Shown in pieces: positions 22,441 to 36,494 of a DNA stretch of 63,947 bases; position 1 is the stretch's first letter; every line of letters starts with the position of its first letter. Location of the stretch: the NCBI GenBank assembly GCA_001179505.1, contig CDMY01000272.1, forward strand, positions 1-63,947, in the 5' to 3' direction. Made by a program: the position numbers and the translations under genes. The notes under the pieces were generated by a model. The model searched no databases, was not told the origin of the DNA, and saw nothing but the letters and a program-made list of their open reading frames with translations. The DNA is from Vitrella brassicaformis CCMP3155 (lineage: Eukaryota > Protista > Chromerida).

Positions 22441-24905
22441 ATGACTCTCGCCATGTTGATCTTTGCTGCACTGACAGAGGGCATCAGAGCCGTACAGAGA
22501 AGCGGCCGAGAGGGCTTCGCCTTCGGCCACGGGAGGAGGCCGCTGCTGCAGCCGCAGCATAGGGGAGGGAGGGGCGGGGGACCTCGTGTGGTGAGAAGTG
22601 CAGCAGCTGACGGCCAAGCCGTCGCAGTGGGGCCCGTGCAGACGACCGAGGCAGAGGTCAAGACACCCGCTGCAGCAGGGGTGAGAGTCACGAGGCAAGG
22701 CAGCACTCGAAATGCATGGGGACTGTTAAAGGTCTGCTACCTACTGTGTGTGCGTGGATCAGCGTCGCAGTGCGGCAGTGGTACAGACGGCTGGCGGCAC
22801 CAAGGAGAGCGGTGTGAAGGAGGCGCCGCTGGATCTGAACCCGCCGAGGGGCACGAGGGATTTCTTCCCTGACGACATGCGCCTGCGCAACTGGCTCTTC
22901 GACAAGGTTAGTTAAGCACATCGTTCGATCAACAATGCTGTGGGTCGGTCACGTATGCGTGGTGCTCTGTGCATTATTTGTCTGTCTATCAGTGGCGGCG
23001 GGCAAGTGAGCTGTACGGCTTTGAGGAGTTTGACGCGCCCGTGCTCGAGAGCGAAGACCTCTACATAAGAAAGGCTGGTGAGGAGGTTGTGGGTCAGCTG
23101 TACTGCTTTGCCGACAAGGGCGGGCGGCGAGTGGCGCTGCGGCCCGAACTCACACCCTCCCTCGCACGTATGGTGCTCGCCAAGAGGGGCCAGCTCAACA
23201 TGCCCATCAAGTGGTTCGCGATACCTCAATGCTGGCGGTCAGCTCCAGCCCCCCACCCACCCACCCACCCACCCACACACACAATTGGATGCAGTGTGTG
23301 CAGCCGATGCATCCGATGGCTCCCTCTCTCTCTGTGTGTCTCAACTTACTTTAAGTTATGAGCGGATGACCCGAGGTCGGCGTCGCGAGCACTACCAGTG
23401 GAATTGCGACATCTGGGGGGTGGGGGAGGTGACGGCCGAGATGGAGCTGCTCAGCTGCATTGTTCGCTTCTTCGAGAGCGTGGGAATCGGCAGCGATGAT
23501 GTGGGCATCAAGGTCAACAACAGAGAACTGCTCAGAGAAGTGCTGCACAAAAGTGAGGAGGGAGGGAGGGAGCGACAGACAGACAGAAAGAGAAATAAAT
23601 ACCCCCACCGCATCCACACACAAGGAAGGTGTGGACGTGGGTGGACTGATTATCTATCTGTGTGTGTCTTGTGGTCAGACGGCGTGCCCGACGACCGGTT
23701 TGCGGCCGTGTGTGTGTTGATTGACAAGCTGGAGAAGGTGCCCCTCGACCACCTGAGGGACGACTTCCGAGCGCTGGGGGTCGAGGGCAGCCAACTTGAC
23801 AGCATCGCCGCGAGTGTGCGGGCCGACCAGACCGTCGACGACGTCGCGCAACTCGTGGGGGAGGACAGCCAGGCCGTCAAACACCTCAGGTATGCCTGTC
23901 GGTATGTCGGTGGGTGGGGGAAAAGGCACGTGTGTGTATGTCCTTCTCTGTGTGGTGTGGTGTGGTGTGGTGTGTGCAGAGATGTGTTCGACATGGCTGA
24001 CGCATACGGGATTGCGGATTGGCTCGTGTTCGACCCCTCAGTGGTGAGTGGTTCTCCTAGTGGGACGGGACAACATGCACGCCTCATTGGTGCGTGTGTG
24101 TGTGTGCAGGTGCGTGGCTTGGCCTACTACACTGGCGTCGTCTTTGAGGGCTTCGACAGGGCGGGGGAGCTCAGGGCCATCTGCGGCGGTGGCAGATACG
24201 ACACGTACGCATGTCGACGGCTGAGTGCGCCAGGCAGCAAGCGACTCACAATGGATGGACGGACACTCGTCCATTCCTGCTGCCGTCTGTCTGTCCGTCA
24301 GGCTGCTTGAGATGTTCGGCGGCGAGCCCATCCCTGCCGTGGGCTTCGGCTTTGGGGACGCTGTCGTTGTGGAGCTGCTCAAAACAAAGTGACTTGACCA
24401 CATCGCCAACCACCCGTACATGCCATGCATCCCCCTTCCCTCACTGTCTCTGTTGTTGTCTCCCTCATCTCAGGGGCCTGCTGCCCGACTTCGCCGACAC
24501 CTCTGTGGCTGACGCAGTGGTGTGGCCGCTCGCCGGGGGCGATGAGACATCGACCGTGCAGCAGGCGGCCGGCAGGGTGGCGACACGACTTAGACAGAGC
24601 GGGCTCAAAACAGACGTCATCCTCGAAAACAAAAAGGTCCGCCACAGAGAGGGAGAGAGAGAGAGAAAGAAACAAACAAGAAGAGCCACCGACTGCTTGT
24701 CTGTCTTTTGTGTCAGTCCAAGTGGGTGTTCAAGCACGCTGCGCGCGTCAACGCCGGGGTGTTGGTGGTGATAGGTGCCGACGAGGTGGCGGGGAACGAG
24801 GTGACGGCCAAGCGGCTGTGCGACAAGGAGCAGCAGCGGGTGACCCTCGACGGGACACATCTGGAAGACCTAGCGGCCGAATGGGCGATGGGAGAGGGAG
24901 GGTAG
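22441..24905 (+). CDS. HARS: Histidyl-tRNA synthetase, bacterial/organellar type, with putative bipartite leader
   Basis: [71 protein letters not shown]-terminal hydrophobic stretch plus basic extension from ATG 22441. Confidence 0.95.
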
Positions 24906-25125
24906 GGGGGATGATGATTTCCATCGCCCACTCACTGAATCTATGTTCGTTGCCGGTATCATCGTTTTCATGCCGCGACGGTGGCATGAAATTTATGGCG
25001 TCCGTCCATCCACACACACGGCATCCCATCTTACAGTCACTCGCATACGGACGCCACGCCCAGCTCACTATGTCGCATGCCGTCCGGTGGCAGGCAGGCG
25101 CTGCAGCCAGCCAGTCGACCGACCG

Positions 25126-25860
25126 TCAAAAGCTGAATTTCAGCCTTTGGTACCGGGCGCATTGGATGAGCGCCCCCAAAGTGAAGGCGCTCAACAGAAA
25201 CAGAGTCATATAGAACCAAAATGACACCTGCACGCTCAACACAAGACAGACAGACAGCCACACACGAGAGACATCAGTCGATATCCACCAGCACACCGCG
25301 CCACACACAGATGTCCCACGCAGCGCGGACCTGGCAGTGTCCGATGGGCATCTGTATCTCGCTCTTGATGGCTTTGCTGCCGAGTTTGCGGACGTGCCAC
25401 TTGATCTGGCAGTCGAAAATCTTGAAGATCATCTTGCGCTTGTAGCAGCTGCACAGCCGTCTCATGTACCAGCTGCACCCCGCACCAGGCATCCGAGGAC
25501 ACACATACACACCCACCAAACACCCCTGCACACAAGGGCATGCAATTTGCAATGCAGGAATGTGTGTCTGTGTCTCCCTCCCTCCCTCCCTCCCCCGCAC
25601 GCACGAGTGACACCCACGTACCAGTCTTGTCCCCGTGTTGTCCTTTTTGCAGACGTCAGGGAAGACAAACTCCGGCAGCAGCCTGAGCTTCTGTTCGGTG
25701 GCAATCCTGTGCAGCTCCACTCGTGTGAGTTCCTCGAGGTCGAGGTCGGGGAGCTGTCCCTCATTGGGGTCCCAGAACGAAGGAGGGGTTGCAGCTGCTG
25801 CCGCACACAGCAAGGCCGTCGTCAGTAGGAGCAATGGCCAGGGAAGGAGGAGGCGGGCGC
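25126..25860 (-). CDS. Small type I membrane protein with Cys-rich ectodomain (first exon not located)
   Basis: Signal-like LLLPWPLLLLTTALLCAAAAA; exons ...DVCKKDNTG, GAGCSWYMRRLCSCYKRK...DCQIKWH...PIGHCQ, then TM VSFWFYMTLFLLSAFTLGALIQC and ARYQRLKFSF*. Confidence 0.7.
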
Positions 25861-26004
25861 CTGATGTGTCAATTGCCCAGCGGCGAGACGAGACGAGACG
25901 GGGATAGAATTGGAGGCGCCCCCACGTGCCGTCTCTCTCTCGTGGCGTATGTGTGCGTGCGTGTGGATGTGTGGTTGCTTTGCAAAGCGATTAGTGCAAC
26001 CACC

Positions 26005-26054
26005 AGGGTTAGGGTTTCCAACGGAGACGGTGAGGCATGTTCACGTTTAGGGTT
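26005..26054. promoter_or_regulatory. Telo-box-like motifs (AGGGTTAGGGTTT, TTTAGGGTT)
   Basis: Motifs are seen directly, upstream of the minus-strand small membrane gene. A regulatory role is inferred. Confidence 0.3.
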
Positions 26055-26403
26055 CATGTTCATTGAACAAAGTCGCGATTGCAGCCGCCACACCACCTGC
26101 AGACAGCACGTGGGCATTCATCAAAACACCACACAGCCAGGCACGATGCAAAACCAGGTTACATTCTAAGCGAGCGAAGACAGCACGGAAAAAGCTGCAC
26201 GCACTGGATGGTGCATCCATCGCATCACGTTGCACTGACAGACAGCACATTCACCACGGACACGCCAAGCACCAGGCGAGAACGTGGCCCTTGAGTGAGC
26301 CATGGGAAGGGCCGGCCCGCCGAGACCAGATGACGGCACTCATACATACATACATCCATCCAATGGCATGCATGGAAGAAAGCGATGGAGGGAGGGAGGC
26401 AGC

Positions 26404-29400
26404 CTAAGTGACCGTGGGCTTGTAGTCTGGGTTCTTGGTGAGGACCACCACGTGCTCCAGCACCGTTGTCTTCGACACGTCTGCAACACACACACCATAC
26501 ACACACACGAGTCACACACATCACATGACATGATGGATAAGGTTGGCCGCGTGCTCTGTTCGTCTGTCTGTCTGTCTGTTGCATCCCTCACATTCCTCGG
26601 TGGCCAGCTCCGCCCTGTCGTTGTACGACAGCACCACCGGGCTCTGGTGCGTCTGGAAGCCTGGACACATGGCATGGCACCAAACACACACCAAAAAACG
26701 CGCCAGAGGTCGATGCACCGAGAGATAAGTGTGTGAACGTCCTGTGACATGTGCGCCGCGCACCGGTGATAGATTTGGGTCTGCCGGCCTGTCCGACGAC
26801 ATCGACAGCCTGTCCGACCCGCACGGGCACCTGGAGGTGGTTGAGGTCCTCGTCCACCGTCAGCACCATGCGAGGCACTATTGCCGGCCCCAAGTGATAC
26901 AGCAAATACGGGAACCGGCTGCATGGTGGCGTTGATTGACAGACACACACATAGGCGCGCACACAGACATCCAGCAAGGTGGCGTGGTTGTGGTGTGGTT
27001 GTTGGATACCCACCCGAGGATGGTGTTCTTGAGTGACAGACAGGCGTGGAGGACCACCAAGAACGCACCTGCACACACGGAATGGTTGTGCTTCAGCTGA
27101 ACATTTCGGTGGCTAGTAGTGGCTAGCTGTCTGTGTCTGTGGTACCGTACCCAGGTTGACAGGGCTGTAAAGCAGCCGATCGGAGTGCAGCGGGTTGATC
27201 GTCACTAAACCCTACACACACAACAGACACACAGAGACCAACGATAGATCCACATCCCCAACACTAGAGTGCCTCCACGCCGCCCCCCCGCCACTCACCT
27301 TGCCCATGTAGAGCAGCCCCTGTGCTATCCTGACGATGAACAGCGCGTTGGCATCCTTTGCGTAGAAGGCCGCCAGCTGCCTCAGCAGCCCTGCGATGCG
27401 GCTGTTGTTGGTGCCAGCACCAACCAGACCCAGCGCAATGATGGCGTGCAAAGCCACATCCGCATCGGCGTCGTGCGACAGCTTGGACAGCGTATCTGAC
27501 CGCACGCACCAACCAGTTTAACACACAGATCAATCAACGGGGCTGTCGGAAGAAGGTGGTGGGTGTCGGTTGTGGGTGGTGCGGTTTGTACCAACAACGT
27601 TTGGCCTTGGATTGGATGCATTCTGCAACGCCATGGCAATGGGCACCTACACACACGACACATATAGACAGACAGGCGATATGATGAAGCGTCGAGGAGC
27701 AAGTGTGCAGCAGCACAGGTGAATGAATGACCGACTGACTGACCGCTCTCCTCAGGGGAATGTCGCCATACTGCAGAATGTGGTCCAAAGACCGAGCCGT
27801 CATCTCAAGACCTGACATACATGAAATGACAATCAATCCATGGCAACCTAACATATATGGCAATGCTCACTTACCGACGTCCTCCCCGAGAGCGATGAGT
27901 GGCACGGCGAGGACGGTGAGTGACTGCACGAGTGCCTCCTCCTCCTTGTCCTCCTCTGTGCGCTCCGCGCACTGATGCAGCATCTTCTGAATCTGAATGG
28001 AGGCAACACGGACAGGACAGACGTCAACAACCGGGGGCTGTTAGGCAGTCAGGCCTTGCTTGCCTTGCGTGGCTTAGGTTACCTGGAGCACGTTGCCCGA
28101 TCCTGCGTGAGCGCAGCTCTCCAATGTGAAGGACGCGTACTTGCCTGAGCATTGGTTGGAGTGCGGGAACAAACAGACGATGGCGTCGTCCTCTGTCCTC
28201 CCTCCTTTTCTTTGCCCGACTCACCCAGTGGTTTGTCGATCGCCTTGAGCATCTCAAGCGTCGTCTCCACCATGTGCGTCTCACCCTTACCTGAAAAACA
28301 CCAAACACATACATGCAACCACACACGTCGAAACACAGTGCCTCCCTCCCTCCCTCCCGCCCCTCTCTCTCTGTCAACTCAGCCCCTCCTACCCTACCGA
28401 GGAAGAGCAGCCCCAGTGCGACAGCAGTGAAGATGGCTGGCCCATTGCAGGCCTTGTCAGCGTTGGCCTGGTCCATCAGTGCCTGCACCAGCGACTCCAC
28501 CAGGTCGCCGTCCTCAGAGCCAAGGAAGACCAGCCCCAGGCTGAGTGCGGCCATGGCGCAGGGCTCCACGCCAAACGACCCGTCGAGCAGCACCGGGCTC
28601 AGCGCCTCACGCAAATCCTCTCGACGCGTGCCCGCGTAGGCATAACCCAGACTGACATGTATTATCACAGATGACACATGACAGACAGACGGGGCATAGC
28701 CTTGCGGATGGGGTGGCCGACAGTGGTGTCTCTTTCTCTCACCCGACGGCAGCTCCCAGCCTTTCGAGAGCCACGTTGCTGAGCTGCAAATGTACACAAT
28801 CGGTCGATGGACAGACAGCAGCGGGGTAGGTGGGTGGGTGTCAGTGAGTGTGGGCCACTCTGTGACACTCACCAAGTGTTCCTGGATGAGTCCCAGCGCT
28901 GGATCGACCTCGTGACGCACACCAGCATTGGTCAGACCTGATTGATTCATGAGGACAGGTAGGTGGATGGATGCGCGCATCGGATTCGCATAATGAATGG
29001 GTGAGTGTGTGGAGTGACAGACAGACAGGCGGACTGTCCAGACTGACCGATGGCCATCCACGCACCCGCCTTGACGTGTGGGTCGCTGCTGTAGGTGTAC
29101 TTGTCCACCGCACTCAGACCCTCATCGATGTTCCACATGTACAGCATCCCTGACCCAACCATGCCATGGCAGCCACATCAATCATTAAAGAAACAAATGG
29201 GTCGGTGGGGCTTTGCTCCCACCATTGTGTGTGTGTTCATTTTTCTGCCCGTGTGGTGTGTCCTTCATTCCTTACCGATGGACGCCACTGCGGCCGTCAT
29301 GCCGTGGTCCTTGTTCTTGTACAGCCAACCCGAATCTGACCATACCACACACACACACACACACACAAAATCGGCCGTGCCGTGCAGGAAATGCCGCGGT

Positions 29401-30263
29401 AAGTAAATGATCCGTGTTTGCTTATTGACTTTCAACGGTCATAAGTTTGTCTTTGCAGAATCCGACGTTGACGAATGCGTTGACGAGGGTGGAGGCCAGG
29501 TTCTGCTTGGCCGAGTCGAGCACGGCGCTGGTGCGCTTCTCCTCCAGATGAGACTTGTACACGTCCTCGGGCAGCTTCGGCTCCATCACATCCAACTCCT
29601 AATCACATAATCACACACATGGGCATGGCGTGGCCTGAATGTCCCTCCCTGCGTGTGTGTTGTGTTGGAGGGAGGGGAGGGGTGTATCTAGCTTGCCTTG
29701 GCGAGCAGCATGAAGTGGCTGTTGAGTTGCTCGCCGGAGGCCAGTGACCTGAGCTCGTCGTCTGCCAGGATCTTGTCCTCGTCGAAGATGTCGCAGAAGA
29801 CGCGCTGACAGGCCAGCATCAACGCCAGCTGCTTCTTCATCACCCTGCACACACACACACACACACACACGCACACACACGCATCCACGGATACGCATAC
29901 TAACATGTGCCTGCCATTGTGTGTGTTTGTCTGCAGGCTAGGCTGCTGACCGTTCTTGGCAAGTGCTGAAGACTTTGGTCACTCTGTCCTCATCGTTGAG
30001 CTTCAGGGCTATCCTTAACGCGTCCGGGAACTGACCCTGGATGACACCACAGTACACCACAGTACAGCACAGCACACACAGGGAGGGAGGGAGTGTCGGT
30101 GGGGAATGATTGCTTGGTCGGTTGGCTTCTCTGATGCGCACGTGTTCCGTGTATATGTCGTATGTGGTGGCGAGTATCTGCGCGGGCTCCGGCTCCGGCA
30201 GCAGCTGGGCCATGCTTATCAGATACAGACACACACGGTGGTATGTCGCGTCGTCAACATACT

Positions 30264-30300
<37 letters not shown>

Positions 30301-31556
30301 TTGTGTGCGATTGAGCCTTGCCTGCCCGTGTGTGGAGATTGCGTACCTCTTTGATTTTTTCGAGCGCGTCGACTTCGCTGAGGAGGTCGACGGCCTCGAT
30401 GGGCGCACTGTGCTTCATCAGGAACGGAACGATGATGAACACCATGCTCATCAACTCCTACACAACACACACACACACACAGAGTTGTGTGTTGTCTTCT
30501 GTTAATTCAAGCTTGTGGCTGTGTGTGTTGTCGCGACACGTGTACCTACCTGTGTGTCAGTGCCCTGCTCTTGCCTCTCCTGGAACTCAGCGGCGATCTC
30601 GCCCGTCAGATTGCGGATGTACTCTGAACCCCACTTGGTCATCTGGTCCTCAGAACCTGCCGTCCACACACACACACACACACACACACATTTGTTTGCC
30701 TTTCACTGCACGGCGCACAGTGTACTCCACTCCACTCCACTGACCAGCGAGTCTGTATTTGAGCGCCAGCCTCTGGTCGTTGACAATGGTGGTCGCCAAC
30801 ACAGACAGCACATCAGCCAGCGCCGCCTGATCGATAAACCCATCCATCGCACAGATCGACAGACAGACACACCCACAATACAATGCATTCAATGCTTCAT
30901 CGGCACGCCACGCACCTTGTTCGGGTGCGTGTCGTCGATGCTCTCAAAATATGTCTTGATGGTGTCGAAATGCGGTCTTAGGAACTTGAGCGGCTTGGGC
31001 ACTGAGGTCATAGAGCTGGTGGCCGTGCGCAGCTCCTCACCCAGAGCGTCGAGGGCCATCTTGCCGATACCTGCCATCATCAATCCGATCAATGTGCACT
31101 CACTAAGCCATGGATGGCGGACCGGACGAGTGCGTGTGCTGTCGGCCCTCACCCACCTGGGTCGGCGTCCTGCACTCGTTCGACGAGCATCTCGAGCTCC
31201 TCCTTCTTCTGCTTGTCCTCCTCGGACTGAACAGCAACACACACACAGACAGACAGACAAGCACACATCGATGAAGTGACTGTGGCGAGTGACTGACGGC
31301 CTGACGTATGTACCAGGTCTTCCTCCTCTTTGAGTTGTTTCTTGTCCTTTTTGGCCTTTGCTTCCTTGTCCTTTTCCTCCTCGTGCTTCTTCTTCCGCTC
31401 CTCCTCCTCCTGCTCCGTCAACACGGCGTCAACCGTCGCCACCTGCATAGGACGGACACACAGACAATCATCATATTGATTGCACCATGTTTTGTTTGTT
31501 TGCTGTCTGTCGTTCGGTCGGTCCCTCACCTTCCGCTCATCCTGCTCGTTCGGCAT
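26404..31556 (-). CDS. PSMD2: 26S proteasome regulatory subunit RPN1
   Basis: [83 protein letters not shown]-terminal [12 protein letters not shown]...[10 protein letters not shown]. Confidence 0.97.
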
Positions 31557-31852
31557 TTTGGCTCAGGGGGCAGCACACCACAGCACAGCAAACACAGCTC
31601 ACGCTGCCCGGCTCGAGCAGCAATCAGGCGTTGCTCTTGTTCACCGCGCTCTGCAGTCTCCTGCTTGGTCAGCCCTCTCAGCAGCCTCAATGGCGAGATC
31701 TCCAACACCTTTTTTCGGCTTAGCTCGCAGATGCGCAGCGGTGAGTCCGGCGACGCTGATCTGTACAGGAGAAGGTGCATCTTAGCAGTGCAGCAGGCGT
31801 GTGGTCTGATCTGCATCCATCTAAGTTGCGCCAGCCAGATCTATCTGTCATC

Positions 31853-33154
31853 ATGCCCACAGTGAGTGTGGTGCGGGACGAGCTGTTCGCCCACCTGGGG
31901 GAAACACTCAGTAAGCAAAGCAATCAATGCAGTGAATCAATGAGGCCCACCACACGACACGACACGATCAACGGATCCAGCCGGCACATGATGGATGTCT
32001 GCGTCTGCAGCTGACAAGGAGTTTGACCAGCTGTGCTTTGACTTCGGCATCGAGCTCGATGAAGTGGTCAGTCAGTCACACAAACACACACACATACACA
32101 CATGTTTCGCTGTCCTTTGCAGACCTCAGCACAGGAGTTGGCTCGGAAGGAGAAGGGCGACAGTGCGGCGGGCAGCGAGGAACAGCAGCAGCAGAATGGC
32201 GATGCGGGTGTCAACGGTGCCGCTGGTGTGGCCGATGACGTCATTTACAAGATAGAAGTGCCGGCCAACAGGTGAGTCAGTCAGCCAGCTGACAGAGAGC
32301 GTGTGTCCATCGTCGTCGTCTCTCTCTCTCTCTCTCTGTGTGTGCGTGTGTGTGCAGGTACGACCTGCTGTGTGTGGAGGGTATCAGCAAGGCACTCAGG
32401 GTACGTGGGCCAATGGGGGAGGGAGGGAGGGAGGGGCCTGCCCATCCATCCATCCATCCATTGAGATCGGGTGTCTGTCTGTCTGTCTGTCTGGGTCATG
32501 TAGGTGTTCAAGCAGAAGGATGACCCGCCCGTCTTCACCCTCGAGCCCTCACAGCCAAACCCTGACCTCAAAATCACAGTCGAGCCACAGGTATGTATCA
32601 CACACACACACACACAGACCCGCCATCCATCCATCCACTCATCCACTCATCCGTGTGTGTGTCATTCATTCACGCATGTGTGTGTGTGCTGCTGCAGACG
32701 GGCCAGGTGCGGCCGTACATAGTGGGTGCGGTGCTGCGGGGCGTGTCGTTCACGCCGCAGATGTACGCCAGCTTCATCGACCTCCAGGACAAACTGCACC
32801 ACAACATCTGCAGGCGGCGGACGCTCGTGGCCATCGGCACACACGACCTCGACACCCTCAAGGGTCAGTCAGTCAGGGAGAATGTCATGTCGGTCGACAC
32901 ACGAGCAAGAACAAGACAGCACAGCACAGCGCATTGCTCACAGAGAGGGTGTGTGTCAATGAATGGTGTGTGTCAACAGGTCCGTTTCGGTACCGTGCGT
33001 TGCCGCCGAGTGAGATCCAGTTTGTGCCGCTCAACCAGACGGAGAGCGTCGACGGCAACCAACTCATGGCCATGTATGAGGTAGGGAAAGAAACACAGCC
33101 ATCCGTCCACACATCCATCCATCCACACTGACATCCACCCACCCATGTGCTGTT

Positions 33155-33185
<31 letters not shown>

Positions 33186-36120
33186 GCAGTCGCACCAGCA
33201 GCTCAAGGCGTACCTGCCCATCATTCGGGACAGCCCCGTCTACCCCATTATCTATGGTAGTTGCACGTAATGCCATCTGTTGCCATGGGAAGGAACGATG
33301 GGCGTGTGTGTGCATGTGTGTGTGTGTGTGTGTGTGTTTCCTTGTGGCAGATTCTGATGGTGTGGTGCTGTCCCTGCCGCCCATTATCAACGGCGACCAC
33401 TCCAAAATCACACTCAACACCAGAAACATCTTCATCGAATGCACCGCGGTTCGTGCGAAATTCTCTTCCTTGCTTGTATGTGTGTGTGTGTGTGTGTGTG
33501 ACGCTCTCCTCTCTCGTGTGAGTCGTTCAGACGGACCTGACGAAGGCCCAGATCGTCATCAACACGCTCGTAGCCATGTTTTCACCCTACTGCGCCAAAC
33601 CATACAAGTAAGTAACAAAAGCCTGGAGTGACACCGAGCGAGACACACACACACACGGGACACAGCAGACAGACAGACGAGAGTGTATATGTATGGTGAC
33701 ACCACAACACACTGACTGACTGACTGACTGACACCAGGATCGAGCCGGTGCTGGTCGAGTACGAGCCGTCTCACCCCAAGATGGCGGGCGGACAGACCAG
33801 GACATACCCCTCAGTCGACAGGTAGGTCTGTTTGTGTGTGTGTCACTCATCCACCCAACCAACCAACCAACCACACGTGTGTATATCTCTCTCTCTCTGC
33901 GTGTGGCATCCATCCATCCATCTCGCAGCCGTCCAGTGGAGGCGAACGTGTCGTACGTGCAGAAGCTGGTGGGCGTGACAGACAGCGCACTGATGGGCCC
34001 CGACCGCATCTGCCAGCTGCTCAAGCGGATGTCCATACCATCGGAGAGGCTGTCGGACGACACTGTCAGGTGTCACGTGCCCATCACACGCAGTGGTACG
34101 CATCCCAGTGCATCTGTGTGAATAAGGAGCAGGAGGCACGTGATGTGCTCGCTGGTGGATGGATGGGAGGGACGGGTGGGTGACGTTCAGATGTGCTTCA
34201 CGCGTGTGACTTGGCCGAGGATGTGGCCATTGCTTATGGATACAACAAGTGGGCACACACCGACACACCGACACACCGACACACCGACACACCGACAGAC
34301 AGACAGGCGAACCAACGGGGCAGCACCATGGTCCCCTCCCTCTGTGTCCGTGTGTGTGTGTGTGTGTTTTAGCGTCAAGGCAGAGATCCCCCCCACCCTG
34401 GCGTGGCCGAGCGAACAGCCCATTGGACACCTGTCAGGTACCTGAGTGATTGATTGACGCAGCGCAGCGCAGCCCACACACACGCCACAGCCAGAGATCT
34501 ATGACACTCGGTGATGCTGGTCTGGACTGTCTGGTCGGGCTGTCTGGACAGATTTGATCCGCCACGAGTTCGCTCAAGCGGGCTTCAACGAGTGTCTCAC
34601 CTGGGGACTGGTACAAAACACAACACAACACAACACAATGCAATACAATACACAGGCGGGCACTGCTCCGCCCACCCCCCCGCAGATCTCATCTCACCCT
34701 CTCTCCCTCTGTGCTGTGTGAGTGTCAGTGTTCGAGCCGGGAGAACTTTGAGTGTATGCGGCGGACGCCGCGGGCTGACGAGGACGCCGACCTGCAGGAG
34801 GCCAACCTGCACATATATCAGGTGCGTACGCTACGCGGGGGTGGCGGGGCGGGGCGTGGCGCTGTTTGGGTGCTGGTCAGTCAGGTCAACAAACACAACG
34901 GTAGACCTTCCTATCTGTCCTGTGTGTTGTCTGCCTGCCTGCCTGCCTGTGCCCCGCCCCGCAGTATGACGCCTTCGCGCGCCCAGTGAGGCTGTCAAAC
35001 CCAAAGACCAAAGAATTCGAGGCAAGCCAATGCCCTCCTACCACACACACATACACACACACACACACACACAGACGCACACACAGACGCACGTGTGTGT
35101 CGGTGCCTCCTTCCTCTCTCTTGGTTGGTTCAGGTGGTGCGGACGTCGCTGTTGCCGATGCTGCTCAAGACGCTGGCGGCCAACAAGAAGTCGCCCCTGC
35201 CCATCAAGCTCTTCGAGGTCTCAGATGTGGTCGTCATTGACAAATCCACACCCACTGGTCCGTTCGTTCGTTCGTTCGTTCGACCAGGGCATGGCAGGGC
35301 AGGGCAGGGCAGGGCAGGGCAGGAGAGAACTAAGACGTCTGATCTGACTGACGTGTGTCTGTCTGTCTGTCTGTGTGTCTGTGCTGACTGCAGGTGCGAG
35401 GAATGTCCGCCGAGCCGCGGCGCTTTATTCCAATCTCACCTCGGGATTTGAGGTCAGTCACATCACTCACACGACATTTATGACGTTGCGACACAATACA
35501 ACACACACCCCACCGCAATGCAACAACCCCATGTCCGTCTGTCTTTGTTTGCTGCCTACCGGCCAGGTGATCCACGGTCTCATGGACCTGATCCTGTCGA
35601 AGCTCTCCCTCACGGCCGCCTACAACCGCCCAGACGCCACGCCTCCCCCCACCCTACAGCACCAGCAGCAGCAGCAGCAGGTGGTGGATGGTGTCAACGG
35701 CCACCACCACGTGGCGGCCAACCCTGGGCCACCCGGTGGCCCTGACTACCCGGCCAAGACCTACTACCTCAGGCCATCCAATGGTGTGTCTGCTGTGGGT
35801 GGGTGTCTGGCAGGGGAGAGGACAGACAGACAGATGGATGTGTGTGTGTGTGCAGACACGGCGTTCTTCGAGGGCCGGCAGGCTCACATAGTGGTGGGTG
35901 AGGTGGTCATAGGTGTGGTCGGTGTGGTGCATCCGGCGGCGCTAAAGGGATTCGCCATCGACACACCCGGTCAGTCGGTCGGTCAGCACGCTGACCACAC
36001 AACAACATCAGCACGGTGGTGGGTCGGGTCGGTACAAGGATGCGTGTGTGTGTGTGTGTGTGTTCAGTGTCTGCGATGGAGATCAACCTGGAGCCTTTCA
36101 TGGAGTGGCTGGCGCAATGA
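31853..36120 (+). CDS. FARSB: Cytosolic phenylalanyl-tRNA synthetase beta subunit
   Basis: [104 protein letters not shown]. Confidence 0.97.
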
Positions 36121-36494
36121 AGGGGAGAAGGAATGCAGTCAGGCCATGGCTGGCTGCTGAGCTGACTCACTCGCAGACCCCTTTTGATCCATCCATCCAT
36201 CCACACGTGTGTGTGTGCGTGTGTGTGTGTGTGGTGCATGCGACTGACTCGCATGACGATGACATTCCGGCAGCGAGACACCATCATGCTTCAGAGACAC
36301 CACACCCACATGACATACCATGCACTCATTGATGCTTTATGATTTATTGACTGACTGAACTCAATATTGAGCCGTGCGACCATGAAGGTCCGCGTCAGTC
36401 AATCCACATGCACACAAAAACAAGAAGCAGGCAAAGAACTATGGGTCCACCAAGACCAACTTACAAGTCCACCCACCTCAAACCCAGTGTGTCC

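Noticed and set aside
34255-34300. (CACCGACA)n tandem and similar short arrays as CRISPR or minisatellite elements
   Set aside because: No spacers or cas genes; intronic simple repeats in a eukaryote.
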